A stretch of 64,000 nucleotides of DNA, from positions 107,141 through 171,140 of the forward strand of contig JAFQOO010000005.1 in the NCBI GenBank assembly GCA_017403145.1, written 5' to 3'. The DNA comes from Clostridia bacterium (GTDB lineage: Bacteria > Bacillota > Clostridia > Christensenellales > DTU072). Shown piece after piece: positions 1 through 10,147 of this stretch (positions within the stretch are counted from its first letter, which is position 1; the number at the start of each line of letters is the position of its first letter). The notes beneath the pieces were generated by a model. That model was not told the origin of the DNA. It ran no database searches and saw only the letters and a list, made by a program, of their open reading frames with translations. The translations under genes and the position numbers were made by a program.

Positions 1-1
1 C

Positions 2-178
2 GGGCTTGGTAATATCGTTGATAGATTGATGTTCAATTACGTTCGTGATTGGATATATTTTGAACTAATAGATTTTGCAGTTTTTAATCTTGCTGATACG
101 GGACTTACCGTTGGTTGCGTACTTTTGATAATATACGTCATTTTCTGCTATAAACCGCAAGAAAAACCAAAAAAATAA
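2..178 (+). CDS. lspA: Lipoprotein signal peptidase (signal peptidase II), C-terminal fragment; the 5' end lies outside the window
   Basis: The frame is open from the window edge to TAA at 176-178. It reads GLGNIVDRLMFNYVRDWIYFELIDFAVFNLADTGLTVGCVLLIIYVIF..., which contains the GNxxDR and FNxAD motifs of signal peptidase II. lspA-rluD adjacency is typical of Firmicutes. Confidence 0.75.
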   Translation, partial: GLGNIVDRLMFNYVRDWIYFELIDFAVFNLADTGLTVGCVLLIIYVIFCYKPQEKPKK

Positions 179-179
179 T

Positions 180-1097
180 ATGGAAATTCGCACTTTTGTA
201 GCTTCTATAGAGGAAAAAGGGGAAAGGCTCGATACCTTTCTTGCTCAGTCAATCGAAAATATTACTCGTAGTAGGGTTAAAAATTCAATTGAAAAAGGGC
301 TTGTTAAAGTCAATAATAACGAGCAAAAAAAGAGCGGATATACCCTTAAAGAAGGCGACGTAGTGGAAATTATGTTTGAAGAGGCTACTACTCTTTCCGC
401 GGTTGCTCAAGATTTACCTATTGATATATTATATCAAGACGAAGATTTTTTAGTTATAAATAAAGCTCAAGGTATGGTTACTCATCCTGCTACCGGTTCG
501 CCCGACGGTACTTTGGTTAACGCACTTTTATATCACGTCAAGGACCTTAGTGGGATAAACGGAGTTTTGCGTCCCGGCATTGTTCATAGACTCGATAAAG
601 ATACCTCAGGCTTAATTATGGTTGCTAAAAACGATAGCGCACATTTATCACTTTCTAAGCAAATTGCGGAAAAATCAGCAAAAAGATACTATATTGCGTT
701 AGTAGATGGCAATATTAAGGAAGATAGCGGGATAATAGAGCAACCGATTGCAAGGCATCGTATCGATAGAAAGAAAATGGCTATTGATAAAGAGGGTAGA
801 TACGCAAAGACCGCTTTTAAAGTGTTGGAAAGATTCCAAAAGTACACCCTTGTCGAGTACGAATTGTTTACGGGAAGAACCCATCAAATAAGGGTACATT
901 CTAGTTTTATTCATCATCCGGTAGTTGGTGATTCCGTTTATGGTGGTAGCAATAAATTTGGTTTAGCAGGGCAGTTGCTACACGCGTTCAAGCTTGTTTT
1001 AGCCCATCCTAGAACGGGCGAAATTATGACTTTTGAAGCAAAAATCCCCGATTATTTTGAAACAGTTTTGAATAAGTTGAGAAAATCACTTGCGTAA
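180..1097 (+). CDS. rluD: 23S rRNA pseudouridine synthase, RluA/RluD family
   Basis: 305-aa ORF with an N-terminal S4-like segment. The catalytic motif HRLDKDTSGL and the GRTHQIRVH motif are present. Confidence 0.9.
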   Translation: MEIRTFVASIEEKGERLDTFLAQSIENITRSRVKNSIEKGLVKVNNNEQKKSGYTLKEGDVVEIMFEEATTLSAVAQDLPIDILYQDEDFLVINKAQGMVTHPATGSPDGTLVNALLYHVKDLSGINGVLRPGIVHRLDKDTSGLIMVAKNDSAHLSLSKQIAEKSAKRYYIALVDGNIKEDSGIIEQPIARHRIDRKKMAIDKEGRYAKTAFKVLERFQKYTLVEYELFTGRTHQIRVHSSFIHHPVVGDSVYGGSNKFGLAGQLLHAFKLVLAHPRTGEIMTFEAKIPDYFETVLNKLRKSLA

Positions 1098-1141
1098 TCG
1101 CGTATGCGTGTGTTAATATATACACGCTGAACGGCAATTAC

Positions 1142-1176
1142 TTGAGAGTGGTGAAAGCCGCTCTCAAATTATTTTG
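1142..1176 (+). terminator. Terminator-like hairpin in the rimP-nusA leader, a possible attenuator
   Basis: Positions 1142-1151 pair with 1158-1167 (TTGAGAGTGG/CCGCTCTCAA, one G-U pair). The stem is followed by AATTATTTT and lies immediately 5' of the rimP SD GGAGA (1176-1180). Confidence 0.4.
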
Positions 1177-1186
1177 GAGAGAAACT

Positions 1187-1684
1187 ATGCAATTTGAACT
1201 TTCAATTCAAGAACGCGCGGAAGAAGTTATTATCCCCGTGGTTGAAAAACTTGGCTACGAGGTAGTAGAAATAAAGTTCCAAAGAGTGGGCAAAAAGAAT
1301 ACTCTAACCGTTTTTGTTCATAAAAAGGGCGGAGTAACTTTGGACGATTGTATTATCGTCAACGATGCACTCGATTTACCTCTTGAAAGCGCCGATATTA
1401 CTAATGGAGTAGCTTACGACCTTAACGTATCTTCCCCGGGACTAGACCGTCCTATAGTAACCGACCGCGATTATATCCGTAATCAAGGCGAAATGGTAGA
1501 AGCTATTTACATCAAGCCTGTTGGTAAGGTTAAAAAAATAGTAGGCGAACTAGTAGGACACGACGAAGATAATATTATCCTTATTCCCAATGGCAAGGAT
1601 AAGGAAAACTTGGTTCCCAAGTCGAACGTTAAAGTGCTACAACCTTATATCGATATGAAAGGTCTAAAACACGCTAAAATCTAA
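1187..1684 (+). CDS. rimP: Ribosome maturation factor RimP
   Basis: The ORF-track entry 1142-1684 starts at TTG. ATG 1187 with GGAGA 6 nt upstream is the better start. Its position ahead of nusA and the MQFELSIQERAEEVIIPVVEKLGYEVVEIKF N-terminus fit RimP. Confidence 0.85.
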   Translation: MQFELSIQERAEEVIIPVVEKLGYEVVEIKFQRVGKKNTLTVFVHKKGGVTLDDCIIVNDALDLPLESADITNGVAYDLNVSSPGLDRPIVTDRDYIRNQGEMVEAIYIKPVGKVKKIVGELVGHDEDNIILIPNGKDKENLVPKSNVKVLQPYIDMKGLKHAKI

Positions 1685-1756
1685 TTAAATCCGTTCAAAA
1701 ATACTAAAAAATCAAAAAATTTAATATATTACAACTTAATAAGGAGAAAATCCACT

Positions 1757-2863
1757 ATGAAAAACAAAGAACTATTTTTAGCCCTTGAAGAAATGGCAGC
1801 AGCTTACAAGCTAGAAGAATCCCTTCTTATCGAATCCCTCGAAAAGGGTTTAGCAGCAGCTTTTAAGAAAGAAACCAGTGAAGCTCGCGCGGTTGCAGTT
1901 AAAATGAATCCTTTAACCTATACCATCGAGTTTTTTGCTTACCAAACCGTTGTTGACGGCGAACCTATGTCCGATAGCGAATTGAGTTTGGAAGAAGCTC
2001 GCGACATCAAGCCCGATGCACAAATAGGTGATATCATCGGCGAAAACGTTGACCCCGACGACCTTTCCAGAATTGCATCACAAACGGCTAAACAAGTTTT
2101 TACCCAAAACGTTAACGAAGCTAAACGCGCTCAAGTTATTAACGAAATGAAGGACCGTGAAGGACAACTTATGTCCGCTATGGTTCGTAGAGTAGAGCCC
2201 AATGGTACCATTTCCGTTGAAATCAGCGGTACCCAAATCGAAGGTATCCTCGGCACTCGCGACCAAGTTCGTGGCGAAAAATTGAGTGTTGGTGATAATA
2301 TCAAGGTATACGTTAAGAAAATTAACGAAGACCTCAACAAAGATGGTTCCAAGAAAGATGGTTCTAGAGTATTCGTTTCTAGAAGCTGTGCCGGTTTTGT
2401 TAAGAAACTATTCGAAATCGAAGTTCCCGAACTACGTACCGGTCTAGTAAAAGTAAAGAGCATCGTTCGTGAAGCTGGTATGCGTACCAAGATGAGCGTT
2501 TACTCCGAAGACCCCAATATTGATGCACAAGGTTCTTGCATTGGTCCTAAGGGCGCACGTGTTAACGCAATCGTTAACGAACTAAATGGTGAAAAGGTTG
2601 ACGTTATACCCTATAGCAGTAATCCTTCCGATTATATCGTCAAGGCACTTTCACCCGCTAAGGTACTAATGGTTCAATTGAACGAAACCGCTAAAGAAGC
2701 AAAAGTTATCGTTCCTAAGGATAAGCTATCGCTTGCTATCGGTAAGGGCGGTCAAAACGCTAAGCTTGCTGCAAAACTAACCGGATACAAAATCGACGTT
2801 AAGTCCGACGAAGAAGTATTTGCAGAAGACGATATGTATGAATATCTAGGAGAAGACGAATAA
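1757..2863 (+). CDS. nusA: Transcription termination/antitermination factor NusA
   Basis: 368-aa ORF with SD AAGGAG upstream. It has S1 and KH domain signatures (GIGPKGARV, IGKGGQNAKLA) and a conserved operon position. Confidence 0.95.
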   Translation: MKNKELFLALEEMAAAYKLEESLLIESLEKGLAAAFKKETSEARAVAVKMNPLTYTIEFFAYQTVVDGEPMSDSELSLEEARDIKPDAQIGDIIGENVDPDDLSRIASQTAKQVFTQNVNEAKRAQVINEMKDREGQLMSAMVRRVEPNGTISVEISGTQIEGILGTRDQVRGEKLSVGDNIKVYVKKINEDLNKDGSKKDGSRVFVSRSCAGFVKKLFEIEVPELRTGLVKVKSIVREAGMRTKMSVYSEDPNIDAQGSCIGPKGARVNAIVNELNGEKVDVIPYSSNPSDYIVKALSPAKVLMVQLNETAKEAKVIVPKDKLSLAIGKGGQNAKLAAKLTGYKIDVKSDEEVFAEDDMYEYLGEDE

Positions 2864-3117
2864 TGCACGAACCTATGAGAACTTGTTCCGTATGCAGGCG
2901 TAAAGCCAACAAATCGGAGTTTATTCGCATAGTGCGTGTAGGCGACCAAGTTCTCGTTGATGAGAGTGGAAAGGGACAAGGTAGGGGCGCATATATTTGT
3001 AATAATGCCGAGTGCATTAACAAATGTGTAGCCAAAAAACTTCTTAATAGAAGTTTCAAAATGCAGTTAAGTGAGGAATTATATGACTCTATCGCAAAGC
3101 TCGGTACAAAAAATTAG
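2863..3117 (+). CDS. ylxR: YlxR/RnpM (DUF448) small RNA-binding protein
   Basis: 84-aa ORF with the RTCSVCRRK...FIRIV...GRGAYIC motif. The start overlaps the nusA stop, the canonical position between nusA and infB. Confidence 0.8.
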   Translation: MHEPMRTCSVCRRKANKSEFIRIVRVGDQVLVDESGKGQGRGAYICNNAECINKCVAKKLLNRSFKMQLSEELYDSIAKLGTKN

Positions 3118-3400
3118 AACCTATATCGGTTTTGCTTTCAAAGCGGGCAAATGCGTACTTGGTGTTGATAATATCGTAAAGATAAAAAAACCGATGCTTA
3201 TATTGTATTCTACCTCGCTTTCCCAAAACTCTATAAAAAAAGTGCAGGAAAGTGCAGCCCAGAATAGCCAAAAATTTATTGGTATTCAAAATTTTAACGA
3301 AATCACACCCCGCGAGGGATGTAAGGCACTTGGCGTAAAGGATAAAAATCTAGCTAGTGCTATAATCGAACAACTAAATAATGAAAACACAACTAAATAA
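3083..3400 (+). CDS. ylxQ: L7Ae-family (YlxQ-like) RNA-binding protein
   Basis: ATG 3083 was preferred over the GTG 3071 of the track. The KAGKCVLGVDNIVK... segment and the position directly upstream of infB fit this family. Confidence 0.7.
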   Translation: MTLSQSSVQKIRTYIGFAFKAGKCVLGVDNIVKIKKPMLILYSTSLSQNSIKKVQESAAQNSQKFIGIQNFNEITPREGCKALGVKDKNLASAIIEQLNNENTTK

Positions 3401-3422
3401 TTAAGGGGAGGAGGACATAGAT

Positions 3423-6116
3423 ATGAAAAATGATAACGTTCGTAACCTTAACACAGAAGCAAACCAATTAGCAAATATCAATAAAATAAACGAATATCTA
3501 AAGCGTAATTACAGCGTATTGCAACAAATAAGCGATAAATTGCGCTCTCTTAACGATATAAGAGAACAAAATCGTGAAAAGAAAATTATTCTACAAAATG
3601 CCGAAGAAGAGAGAAAGGCTCTAGAAGAGGCACGTTTGAAGCAAGAAAGGGAAAAGGCAGAGGCTATAAAGCAAGCTACCGCAGCTCCCATTATTGAAGA
3701 GCCCGAAGTAAAAGAAGCGGTTAAAGAAGAGGTTGTAGAAGAAGTTATTTCCGAAAAAGTTGAGGATAAGGTTGAAATAGAAGAACCCGTAGTTGTTACC
3801 GAAGAAAAGGTTGTTGAACCTGTTAGGGTTGAAAAGCTCCAAAAGGTAGCAGAACCTGTTCAAGGACAACAAAAGGTAAATACTCCGGGTCAAGTTAAAG
3901 AGGAAGAAACCAGCCAAATGAAGGCTGCAAAGGCTGCCGCTCAACAAATTCTTAACAAGAGCAAGAAGCCCGTTGTTGAAAAGCCCGTTATTAGGGTTTA
4001 TAGACCTCCGGTCGAAGAACGTCGTCCTAAGCGCAATGAAAAACCCGCAGGCAATAATCAACAAAATCGCGATAAGAATAATGCTCAACAAAATGGTGGT
4101 ATGAACACCTTCCAAAGACAAAATACCATTGAGCATCTAAACAATTCTCCCGTGCTACAAAAGGATACCCAAAAGAAAAAGGTATTCGATAATGCTCCCG
4201 AAGAAAAGACCCAACTCGCTAAGAAAACCAAGCTCAAAAAGGGTATCGAAGGTGGTTCATCCGCACTCGTATTCGACGACGACGGCAACCTCAAGAAGAT
4301 TCGTACCAGAAAGACCGATAATAAAAACAAGGCTCCCGTTATAACCGAGGCTATAAAGATTGAACACGCAATCATTACTAAGGATAACGTAACCATTAAA
4401 GAGCTTTCGGAAAAAATTGGTAAGACCGGTAGCGAAATCATCAAGAGATTATTCCAACTTGGTATTATGAAAACCATCAATGATACCATTGATTTTGATA
4501 CCGCAGAACTCGTTGCTAGCGACCTAGGAGTTTCTTTGGAGCTACAACGTGAAGAGACCTCGGAAGAAAAATTACTATCCTACTTTGACCAAGATACCGA
4601 GGACGAATCTCAACTCGTACAACGTCCTCCCATCATTACCATTATGGGACACGTTGACCACGGTAAGACTTCTATTTTGGACTATATTAAGAAGTCTAAA
4701 GTAGCAGCAGGCGAAGCAGGTGGTATTACGCAACATATTAGTGCATATACCATTAACGTAAAGGGCTCGCAAATAAGCTTCCTTGATACCCCCGGACACG
4801 CAGCGTTCACCGCAATGCGCGCTCGTGGTGCTAACGTAACCGATATTATCGTTATCGTTGTTGCGGCAGACGATGGTATAATGCCCCAAACCGTTGAAGT
4901 TATCAACCACGCAAAGGCTGCAAAAGATTGTAAAATCGTTGTTGCTATCAACAAAATCGACAAGAATACCGCAGACCCCGACCGCGTTATGACTCAACTT
5001 ACCGAGTACGGACTTGTTCCCGAAGCTTGGGGTGGTACAATACCTGTTGTTAAAGTTAGTGCAAAGACGGGCGAAGGTATCGACGAGCTACTAGAAACGT
5101 TGGTTCTCGAAGCCGAAGTTATGGAACTCAAGGCAAATCCCAATCGTAAAGCAAAAGGTACCGTTGTTGAAGCAAGACTCGACAAAGGCAAAGGACCTCT
5201 TGCAACCATACTTGTTCAAACCGGTACTCTTAAAGTGGGCGACCATATAGTAGTAGGAACTACCACCGGTAAGATAAGAGCAATGCAAGACGACAAGGGC
5301 AGAAACGTAAAGAGTGCAGGACCTTCTACTGCAGTTATGATTTTCGGTTTGGACGAAGTTCCGGGTGCAGGCGACCAACTTATGGCGTTTGACGATGATA
5401 AACTACTCAAGAGCGTTGTAGCCGACCGTATTGCCGAGGAAAGAGAACGCAAGATAAATTCCGGTTCGGTAAGTCTAGAAGATTTGTATCGTAACATAGA
5501 AGAAGGCAAGATGAAGAACTTGAATATCATTATTAAAGCTGACGTTCAAGGCTCGGTTGAAGCAATTCGCGATTCCTTGCAAAAGCTAAGCACCGACGAA
5601 GTAAAGGTAACCGTTCCTCACGCAATGGTTGGTGCTATCAACGAAAGTGATATTATCCTTGCCGAATCTACAAGTTCGATTATCGTTGGCTTTAACGTTC
5701 GTCCCGATAACAACGCAAAGAAGCTAGCTGAAGAGAAGAAGATAGAAATTCGTTTACATCGCATAATTTACGATGCAATTGATGAAGTAACCGCCGCTAT
5801 CAAGGGCTTAAGCGCACCCAAGTATCGTGAAGAATATCTTGGTAAGGCAGAAGTTAGACAAACCTACAAGATTTCCAGCGTTGGTACTATCGCAGGTTGT
5901 ATGGTTCTTGATGGTAAAATCGTTCGTAATGCAAAGGTTAGACTTATCCGTGATAACATCGTTATCGCAGATACCTCCATCAACTCTCTAAAGCGTATGA
6001 AGGACAACGTAACCGAGGTTCTACATGGCTTTGAATGTGGTATCGGTCTAGATGGTTGGAACGATATTAAAGAAGGCGATATTATTGAAAGTTTCAATAT
6101 TGTAGAGGATAAGTAA
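3423..6116 (+). CDS. infB: Translation initiation factor IF-2
   Basis: 897-aa ORF with SD GGGGAGGAGG upstream. It has a long E/K/V-rich N-terminal region, then the GTPase motifs [14 protein letters not shown] and NKID. Confidence 0.97.
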   Translation: MKNDNVRNLNTEANQLANINKINEYLKRNYSVLQQISDKLRSLNDIREQNREKKIILQNAEEERKALEEARLKQEREKAEAIKQATAAPIIEEPEVKEAVKEEVVEEVISEKVEDKVEIEEPVVVTEEKVVEPVRVEKLQKVAEPVQGQQKVNTPGQVKEEETSQMKAAKAAAQQILNKSKKPVVEKPVIRVYRPPVEERRPKRNEKPAGNNQQNRDKNNAQQNGGMNTFQRQNTIEHLNNSPVLQKDTQKKKVFDNAPEEKTQLAKKTKLKKGIEGGSSALVFDDDGNLKKIRTRKTDNKNKAPVITEAIKIEHAIITKDNVTIKELSEKIGKTGSEIIKRLFQLGIMKTINDTIDFDTAELVASDLGVSLELQREETSEEKLLSYFDQDTEDESQLVQRPPIITIMGHVDHGKTSILDYIKKSKVAAGEAGGITQHISAYTINVKGSQISFLDTPGHAAFTAMRARGANVTDIIVIVVAADDGIMPQTVEVINHAKAAKDCKIVVAINKIDKNTADPDRVMTQLTEYGLVPEAWGGTIPVVKVSAKTGEGIDELLETLVLEAEVMELKANPNRKAKGTVVEARLDKGKGPLATILVQTGTLKVGDHIVVGTTTGKIRAMQDDKGRNVKSAGPSTAVMIFGLDEVPGAGDQLMAFDDDKLLKSVVADRIAEERERKINSGSVSLEDLYRNIEEGKMKNLNIIIKADVQGSVEAIRDSLQKLSTDEVKVTVPHAMVGAINESDIILAESTSSIIVGFNVRPDNNAKKLAEEKKIEIRLHRIIYDAIDEVTAAIKGLSAPKYREEYLGKAEVRQTYKISSVGTIAGCMVLDGKIVRNAKVRLIRDNIVIADTSINSLKRMKDNVTEVLHGFECGIGLDGWNDIKEGDIIESFNIVEDK

Positions 6117-6118
6117 GA

Positions 6119-6475
6119 ATGAACATAGAAAGAGTTAATTCCGAAATTATGAAGGAGCTTATGAGTTTGATTACCAACGAACTCAAAGACCCTCGTGTTA
6201 GGGATTGTAAAATGCTAAGCATTATGCGCGTTGATACCACAGGCGACCTCAAATACGCTAAGGTATACGTTAGCATAATGGGCAACGATAATCCCCAAGA
6301 AGTAATCAAAGGTTTAAATGCTAGCGCAGGATTTTTGCGCAATGCGTTATTTAACCGTCTTAAAATTAGGGCGGTACCTACTCTAATATTCGTATTAGAC
6401 GATAGCATCGATTATGGCTTTAAGATTGAAAAAATCCTAAAAGAAATCAATGCGAACGGAAATAAGGACGAGTAA
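6119..6475 (+). CDS. rbfA: Ribosome-binding factor A
   Basis: 118-aa ORF directly after infB. The VNSEIMKELMSLITNELKDPRV N-terminus is typical of RbfA. Confidence 0.9.
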   Translation: MNIERVNSEIMKELMSLITNELKDPRVRDCKMLSIMRVDTTGDLKYAKVYVSIMGNDNPQEVIKGLNASAGFLRNALFNRLKIRAVPTLIFVLDDSIDYGFKIEKILKEINANGNKDE

Positions 6476-7446
6476 TGTACGAAAGTATCACGAAAAAATT
6501 ATTTTCTGCCGAAACGGTTGCCGTGTTTATGCACGTCAACCCGGACGGTGATTGTGTAGGGAGCAGTCTTGCTCTCTATCATTATTTAAGGAACCTCGGC
6601 AAGGAAGTTTACGTTTTTACCGAGGTTAAAGAAGATATTAGGGAAAAATTATCCTTTTTGCCCTCAATAGAGGCTATAAACTCCAAGTCGCTAAAAAGAT
6701 ACGACTTGGGAATAGCTGTAGACTGCGGTAGCGCATCAAGAATGGGAAAAAACTGTTCGCTTATATTCTTTAACAAATGCGACGACCACGCTTGTTTTGA
6801 CCACCACGAAACCAGCGAACCATTTGTTGACGACCTTGTTTACGAAAACGTATCTTCTACTTGCGAAATTTTATATAAATTTATGGTGGAAAATGATGCT
6901 AGCGCAATTGACTATAACGTTGCGCTTTGTCTTTATACCGGTATGGTAACGGATAGCGGAGCATTCACTTTTAGTAATACTAGTGAAAAAACACTTGAAA
7001 TTGCTTCAAAATTGCTTAAATACGGCATAAATGGGCACCAAGTTATATATAAGGTTATCAAGGAAGAAACGCCTGAAATATTTGCACTAAAAGCTCGCAC
7101 GCTTGCAGGCGCACAATTTTATATGGATGGTCAAGTTGGTATCATTACCTTCCTAAAAGATGATTTTGAGAAGACGGGCACCTCGCCTAAGGATACCGAA
7201 GGTATCATAAATAATATAGTTAATATAAAGGGTGTTAAGCTAGCTATTTCCGTTGCCGAAATGGAAGACCAGCCTGCCTTTAAGATTGGCATACGTTCAA
7301 AAGATGGTGTTGATGCCGGTAAATTTGCTTCGTTATTCGGCGGTGGCGGACACTTTAACGCGAGCGGTTGTAGGATTTATGCAAATCTAACCGAAACTAT
7401 GGAAAAGCTATTAAGAGCTTCAAAACAAATACTCGAAAATGCTTAA
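6475..7446 (+). CDS. nrnA: DHH/DHHA1 phosphoesterase (NrnA-type oligoribonuclease / pAp phosphatase)
   Basis: Contains DHH-family motifs DGDCVGSS, DHH (FDHHETS) and the DHHA1 motif GGGGH. Confidence 0.8.
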   Translation: MYESITKKLFSAETVAVFMHVNPDGDCVGSSLALYHYLRNLGKEVYVFTEVKEDIREKLSFLPSIEAINSKSLKRYDLGIAVDCGSASRMGKNCSLIFFNKCDDHACFDHHETSEPFVDDLVYENVSSTCEILYKFMVENDASAIDYNVALCLYTGMVTDSGAFTFSNTSEKTLEIASKLLKYGINGHQVIYKVIKEETPEIFALKARTLAGAQFYMDGQVGIITFLKDDFEKTGTSPKDTEGIINNIVNIKGVKLAISVAEMEDQPAFKIGIRSKDGVDAGKFASLFGGGGHFNASGCRIYANLTETMEKLLRASKQILENA

Positions 7447-8311
7447 CGGATTTATAAACGTAAATAAAGAAAAGGGGATGAGCTCGGCTTTTGTCGTAAC
7501 TAAGCTAAAGCGAATTCTTCGTTCTCGCGGGATAGCCTTTGATAAAATTGGTCATACGGGAACGTTGGACCCCGATGGAGAAGGCGTACTTCCAATAGCT
7601 CTTGGCAAGGCGACTAGACTTTTCGATTATACGTTAGATAAGAAAAAGGTATATTATACCGAATTTGTGTTTGGCAAGGAAACGGACACGCTTGATGAAA
7701 GCGGAGTTGTTATAAAGGAATGCGATAAAGTGGTTGAAATAAACGATATTTTATCGGTTATACCCACTTTAAAGGGAGAAATAGACCAAATACCACCTTT
7801 GTATTCGGCAAAATCGGTTGATGGTAGGCGCGCCTACGACCTTGCGCGCGAGGGAAAAGAATTTACTTTGAAACCCAAAAGAATTACCATTTACGAAATC
7901 GAATATTTGGGTGTTAATAACGGAGCATATGCCTTTAGGATTACTTGTAGCGGTGGTACGTATATAAGAAGTATTGCGCGCGATATGGCTTATGCTATGG
8001 GCACGCTTGGATATATGAGATATATCAGGCGCGAGGCAAGTGGCCCATTTAATATTGAAAGAGCATATACTCTCAATGAGTTAGAAAGTATCGATATTGA
8101 GCAAAATTTAATCAAAATGGAAGAGATTTTGGTTGATATGCCTCGATTTGATGCTCCTAAAGGTGCGGAAAGATTGCTTGATAACGGAGTTAGAATGGCG
8201 CTAAAGGTTCCTGATGGCTCATTTAAAATGTATATTGACGATGAGCTAACTTGGATTGCAGAAAAGAACGAAAACGATGGTCGAATAGACTTTAAGGCTA
8301 GATTGAAATGA
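7439..8311 (+). CDS. truB: tRNA pseudouridine-55 synthase
   Basis: Has the GHTGTLDP catalytic-Asp motif and the conserved rbfA-truB-ribF order. Confidence 0.9.
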   Translation: MLNGFINVNKEKGMSSAFVVTKLKRILRSRGIAFDKIGHTGTLDPDGEGVLPIALGKATRLFDYTLDKKKVYYTEFVFGKETDTLDESGVVIKECDKVVEINDILSVIPTLKGEIDQIPPLYSAKSVDGRRAYDLAREGKEFTLKPKRITIYEIEYLGVNNGAYAFRITCSGGTYIRSIARDMAYAMGTLGYMRYIRREASGPFNIERAYTLNELESIDIEQNLIKMEEILVDMPRFDAPKGAERLLDNGVRMALKVPDGSFKMYIDDELTWIAEKNENDGRIDFKARLK

Positions 8312-9240
8312 TAAGCGGAAAATATAGGGAACAAGTTAAAACTCTTTATTTAACCTTCGGTGAAAGACCGAAGTATATGCTTGCGTTAGGATTTTTCGAT
8401 TGTTTGCACGTTGGGCATCGTAGCTTGATAGCTAATCTTTGTTCAGTTGCCGATTTGTATGGTTTAACTCCCGCGGTGCTTACGTTTGACGACAACTTTT
8501 TCAAGACTTTAGGAAAAACGGATAAGCTTGTTTATAATTTAGATGAACGCAAAAACATTCTTTTTGAAGAATTTGGCATAGAAAAGGTATTTGTTGGCGC
8601 ACCGACAAAAGAGTTTTTGAAGATGAGGGCGGAAGAATTTTTGGTTTATCTCGAAAAACTTGGAGTTGGTGGTATTATAGCCGGTGAAGACTTCCGTTTT
8701 GGTCTAAATGCCGAGGCCGGAATGAAAGAGTTGACTGCTTGGGCTATCAGGAATGGTATAATTTGTGTTACACAGCCGATTTTAGCGGAGTGTAACAAGA
8801 AAATATCCTCGACAGATATTCGAAAGTATCTTGAATATGGCGAAGTTGGTATAGCAAACTCGCTCCTTGGCAGTAGATATTTCTTTGAAGGCGAAGTTGT
8901 ACACGGCAGGGGCGTTGGGGCGACCTATGGTCTACCTACTGCCAATCTAAACGTGGGTGATGACAAAGTATTGCCTTTGGACGGTGTGTACGATACTCGC
9001 GTTTTGGTTGGTAAAGAGTGGTATAAGGGTGTAACTAACGTTGGCACTTGTCCAACCTTTGATTTCCATAAAAGAACGGTGGAAACCCATATTTTGGACT
9101 TTGATGCCGATATTTATGGTGAAATTATAAGGGTTGAGTTCGTTGAACGTATAAGATGCGTGGTAAAATTCAATTCTTTAGAAGAGCTAAAAGAACAAAT
9201 ACATAACGATATACAAAAGGTTAGGGAATCAAATGATTAA
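8308..9240 (+). CDS. ribF: Bifunctional riboflavin kinase / FAD synthetase
   Basis: 310-aa ORF. The N-terminal FAD-synthetase part has GFFDCLHVGH. The C-terminal riboflavin-kinase part has GRGVGATYGLPTANL. Confidence 0.9.
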   Translation: MISGKYREQVKTLYLTFGERPKYMLALGFFDCLHVGHRSLIANLCSVADLYGLTPAVLTFDDNFFKTLGKTDKLVYNLDERKNILFEEFGIEKVFVGAPTKEFLKMRAEEFLVYLEKLGVGGIIAGEDFRFGLNAEAGMKELTAWAIRNGIICVTQPILAECNKKISSTDIRKYLEYGEVGIANSLLGSRYFFEGEVVHGRGVGATYGLPTANLNVGDDKVLPLDGVYDTRVLVGKEWYKGVTNVGTCPTFDFHKRTVETHILDFDADIYGEIIRVEFVERIRCVVKFNSLEELKEQIHNDIQKVRESND

Positions 9241-10081
9241 ATTTGGCGTTGCAGGTAATTCAAATAGTTTTTATGATGAGGGCTATACCCAAACTTTAGA
9301 AGCAGCATCTTGGTGCAAAGCTAGGGGGATAGACGCTTTCGAGTATTCTTTTGGTAGAGGAATTACTTTGAATGAAAAGACTGCTATCAATATAGGTAAT
9401 AGGTTCAAAGAAGAGGGCGTGGAATTGACGGTACACGCACCTTATTATATAAACCTAGCAAACCCAGACCCCGAAATGATAAAGAAATCGTACGGATATA
9501 TTTTATCATCGTTAAAGAAGGTAAAAGATTTTGGCGGTGATAGAGTGGTTGTTCATCCTGCAACACAAGGCAAGATGACTAGGGAAGATGCTGTTGCGCT
9601 AATGGTGGAAAATGCGAGAGGGCTAATCGAGGTTTTGGACGAAGCAGGGTATGGCGAAGGCTATAAAGTTTGCTTTGAAACTATGGGCAAAAAAGCACAA
9701 CTTGGTACGGTAGAAGAAATCATCCAAGTTTGCTCGTTGGATTCTCGTTTTTATCCTTGTATAGACTTTGGACACATCAACGCGAGAGAACAGGGTATTC
9801 TAAAAAGTGCAACAAATTATAATACTATCATTCAAAAAATGAGCGATTTCTTGCCAAAATGCAAAGTTTCCAATATGCACGTACATTTTTCTAAAATTGA
9901 ATACGGTGCTAAAGGAGAGATTAGGCATTTGACTTTCCAAGACGAAAAATATGGTCCGGACTATGAACCTTTAATGGAAATCTTCCATAAAAATGCACTT
10001 GAACCCTACGTTATTTGCGAGTCGGACGGTACCCAAGCAGAAGATACTGTTGCAATGAAAAAGTACTTTTTCTCGCTATAA
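9233..10081 (+). CDS. Xylose-isomerase-like TIM-barrel protein (endonuclease IV / sugar-phosphate isomerase superfamily)
   Basis: 282-aa ORF overlapping the ribF stop by 8 nt. The pattern of His/Glu/Asp-bearing strands (VHAPYYINL, VVHPA, CFETMG, CIDFGH) resembles the AP-endonuclease-2 fold. Exact function was not assignable. Confidence 0.6.
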   Translation: MIKFGVAGNSNSFYDEGYTQTLEAASWCKARGIDAFEYSFGRGITLNEKTAINIGNRFKEEGVELTVHAPYYINLANPDPEMIKKSYGYILSSLKKVKDFGGDRVVVHPATQGKMTREDAVALMVENARGLIEVLDEAGYGEGYKVCFETMGKKAQLGTVEEIIQVCSLDSRFYPCIDFGHINAREQGILKSATNYNTIIQKMSDFLPKCKVSNMHVHFSKIEYGAKGEIRHLTFQDEKYGPDYEPLMEIFHKNALEPYVICESDGTQAEDTVAMKKYFFSL

Positions 10082-10105
10082 ATTTTATATGCCAATATCC
10101 TTTTT

Positions 10106-10138
10106 AACCGTAACTTTATAGTTGCGGTTTTTTGTTTT
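10106..10138 (+). terminator. Intrinsic terminator after the TIM-barrel gene
   Basis: AACCGTAAC (10106-10114) pairs with GTTGCGGTT (10121-10129), 9 bp with one G-U pair. The stem is followed by TTTTGTTTT. Confidence 0.6.
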
Positions 10139-10147
10139 ATAGAAACA

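Noticed and set aside
1106-1127. Hairpin GCGTGTG...TACACGC as the rluD terminator
   Set aside because: No U-tract follows it (the next bases are TGAACGG), so it is not a convincing intrinsic terminator.
3621-4136. Long antisense or out-of-frame ORFs in the track inside well-supported genes (e.g. 3621-4136, 19353-19937, 39332-39772, 43054-43515, 44100-44648, 51069-51536)
   Set aside because: These are shadow ORFs opposite or overlapping strongly supported conserved genes. They have biased, Ser/Leu/Phe-rich, repeat-like composition and no SD.
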